A program made the translations under genes and the position numbers. The notes below the pieces were generated by a model. It saw nothing but the letters and a program-made list of their open reading frames with translations, ran no database searches and was not told the DNA's origin. Below, one piece after another: positions 63,464 to 64,000 of a stretch of 64,000 nt of DNA; position 1 is the first letter of the stretch, and every line of letters begins with the position of its first letter. The stretch comes from Eutreptiella sp. 'Long Island Sound 2002' (lineage: Eukaryota; Protista; Euglenida): positions 13,826,001-13,890,000 of the forward strand of contig OZ038378.1 in NCBI GenBank assembly GCA_964036045.1. Direction: 5' to 3'.

Positions 63464-63571
63464 GGTACATTCCTCGTGACGACCTGGATGACACGAGGGA
63501 TTTACTGGATTGGAACGGCGACCACCCACACACCAACTTCAGGGAAATGTATGGATTCCTGCGCCGACACG
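63464..63571 (+). CDS. MBTPS1: S1P exon ([36 protein letters not shown])
   Basis: GYxPRD...LDWNGDHxHTNF; gtcag/gtatgc; gene continues past 64000. Confidence 0.95.
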
Positions 63572-64000
63572 GTATGCCTTCTCTATGGCATCGGTGAGCT
63601 TGTTGTGGTGGCTCAGTGGAGCTGGTGTAAACGGCGGCTGTACCATACAGACCGGTTGAGTGTTGTGCGATACAAGCGGCGGTCCAGTGCCATGTCTTAC
63701 GTGTGACCTGCTTTTGTTGATCGACGTGGTTGTGAGGACAGTGTGCGGGGAAGGGGGGGGGGGTCGTATTGTGGGTGAGAGTGAGATGTTTGTCCCACAC
63801 CCCAGCCCACAGCAGTTTCGTCTCGGCTGGGGTATGGGGGCATGTCACGTATGGGAGCCCGGATGGGGGTGGGCTGGGGGGCTCCGGCCTTGAGCCGTGA
63901 GACAAATTTGGAAAGGGGTTCGTTGCCAGGCGCGTAGGGCTGGTGCTGTGAAGTCCGGTGTCCGAAAGTGTTTTCGAGGCCCAAACGATTTACAATCGGT

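Larger units (their letters stand above)
21364..63571 (+). other. MBTPS1: Site-1 protease (MBTPS1/SKI-1) gene span, multi-exon, continues beyond window end
   Basis: Phase-consistent exon chain translating to prodomain (EYIVMF, TDFALL, AVWPQRQL), RTLK maturation motif, [65 protein letters not shown], all S1P-diagnostic. Confidence 0.95.

Noticed and set aside
1-64000. rRNA, tRNA or snRNA genes
   Set aside because: No recognisable conserved motifs or cloverleaf seen by eye; needs an Infernal/tRNAscan check

Overview
Eukaryotic nuclear DNA from a repeat-rich, large-intron genome. The short 5' acceptors upstream of ATGs and the unusual GTRTGY donors are compatible with a euglenid-like protist, which is an inference only. 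Three genes can be assembled by hand. (1) A + strand site-1 protease (MBTPS1/SKI-1, subtilase S8) runs from 21364 past the window end in at least 18 exons. Its D/H/N/S catalytic residues are intact, and it carries an unexpected PAN/Apple-like domain inserted in the post-catalytic region (exons 58305-58446 and 58795-58868). (2) A complete 4-exon, 522-aa secreted formylglycine-type sulfatase (26008-30990) is nested on the SAME strand inside the 10.95-kb intron 3 of the protease gene, and has a Gypsy integrase remnant in its own last intron. (3) Two - strand exons (12371-12484, 8653-8817) encode S1-S2 of an Hv1-like voltage sensor; S3-S4 were not found. The rest is decayed transposons (hAT, Gypsy, SAP-domain, possible Helitron), MITEs (one hAT-type with a perfect 8-bp TSD), microsatellites, a 48-bp higher-order tandem array, a 74-bp palindrome and an F-box-like ORF. 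All exon calls come from manual translation and recalled homology, not from database searches or RNA data.
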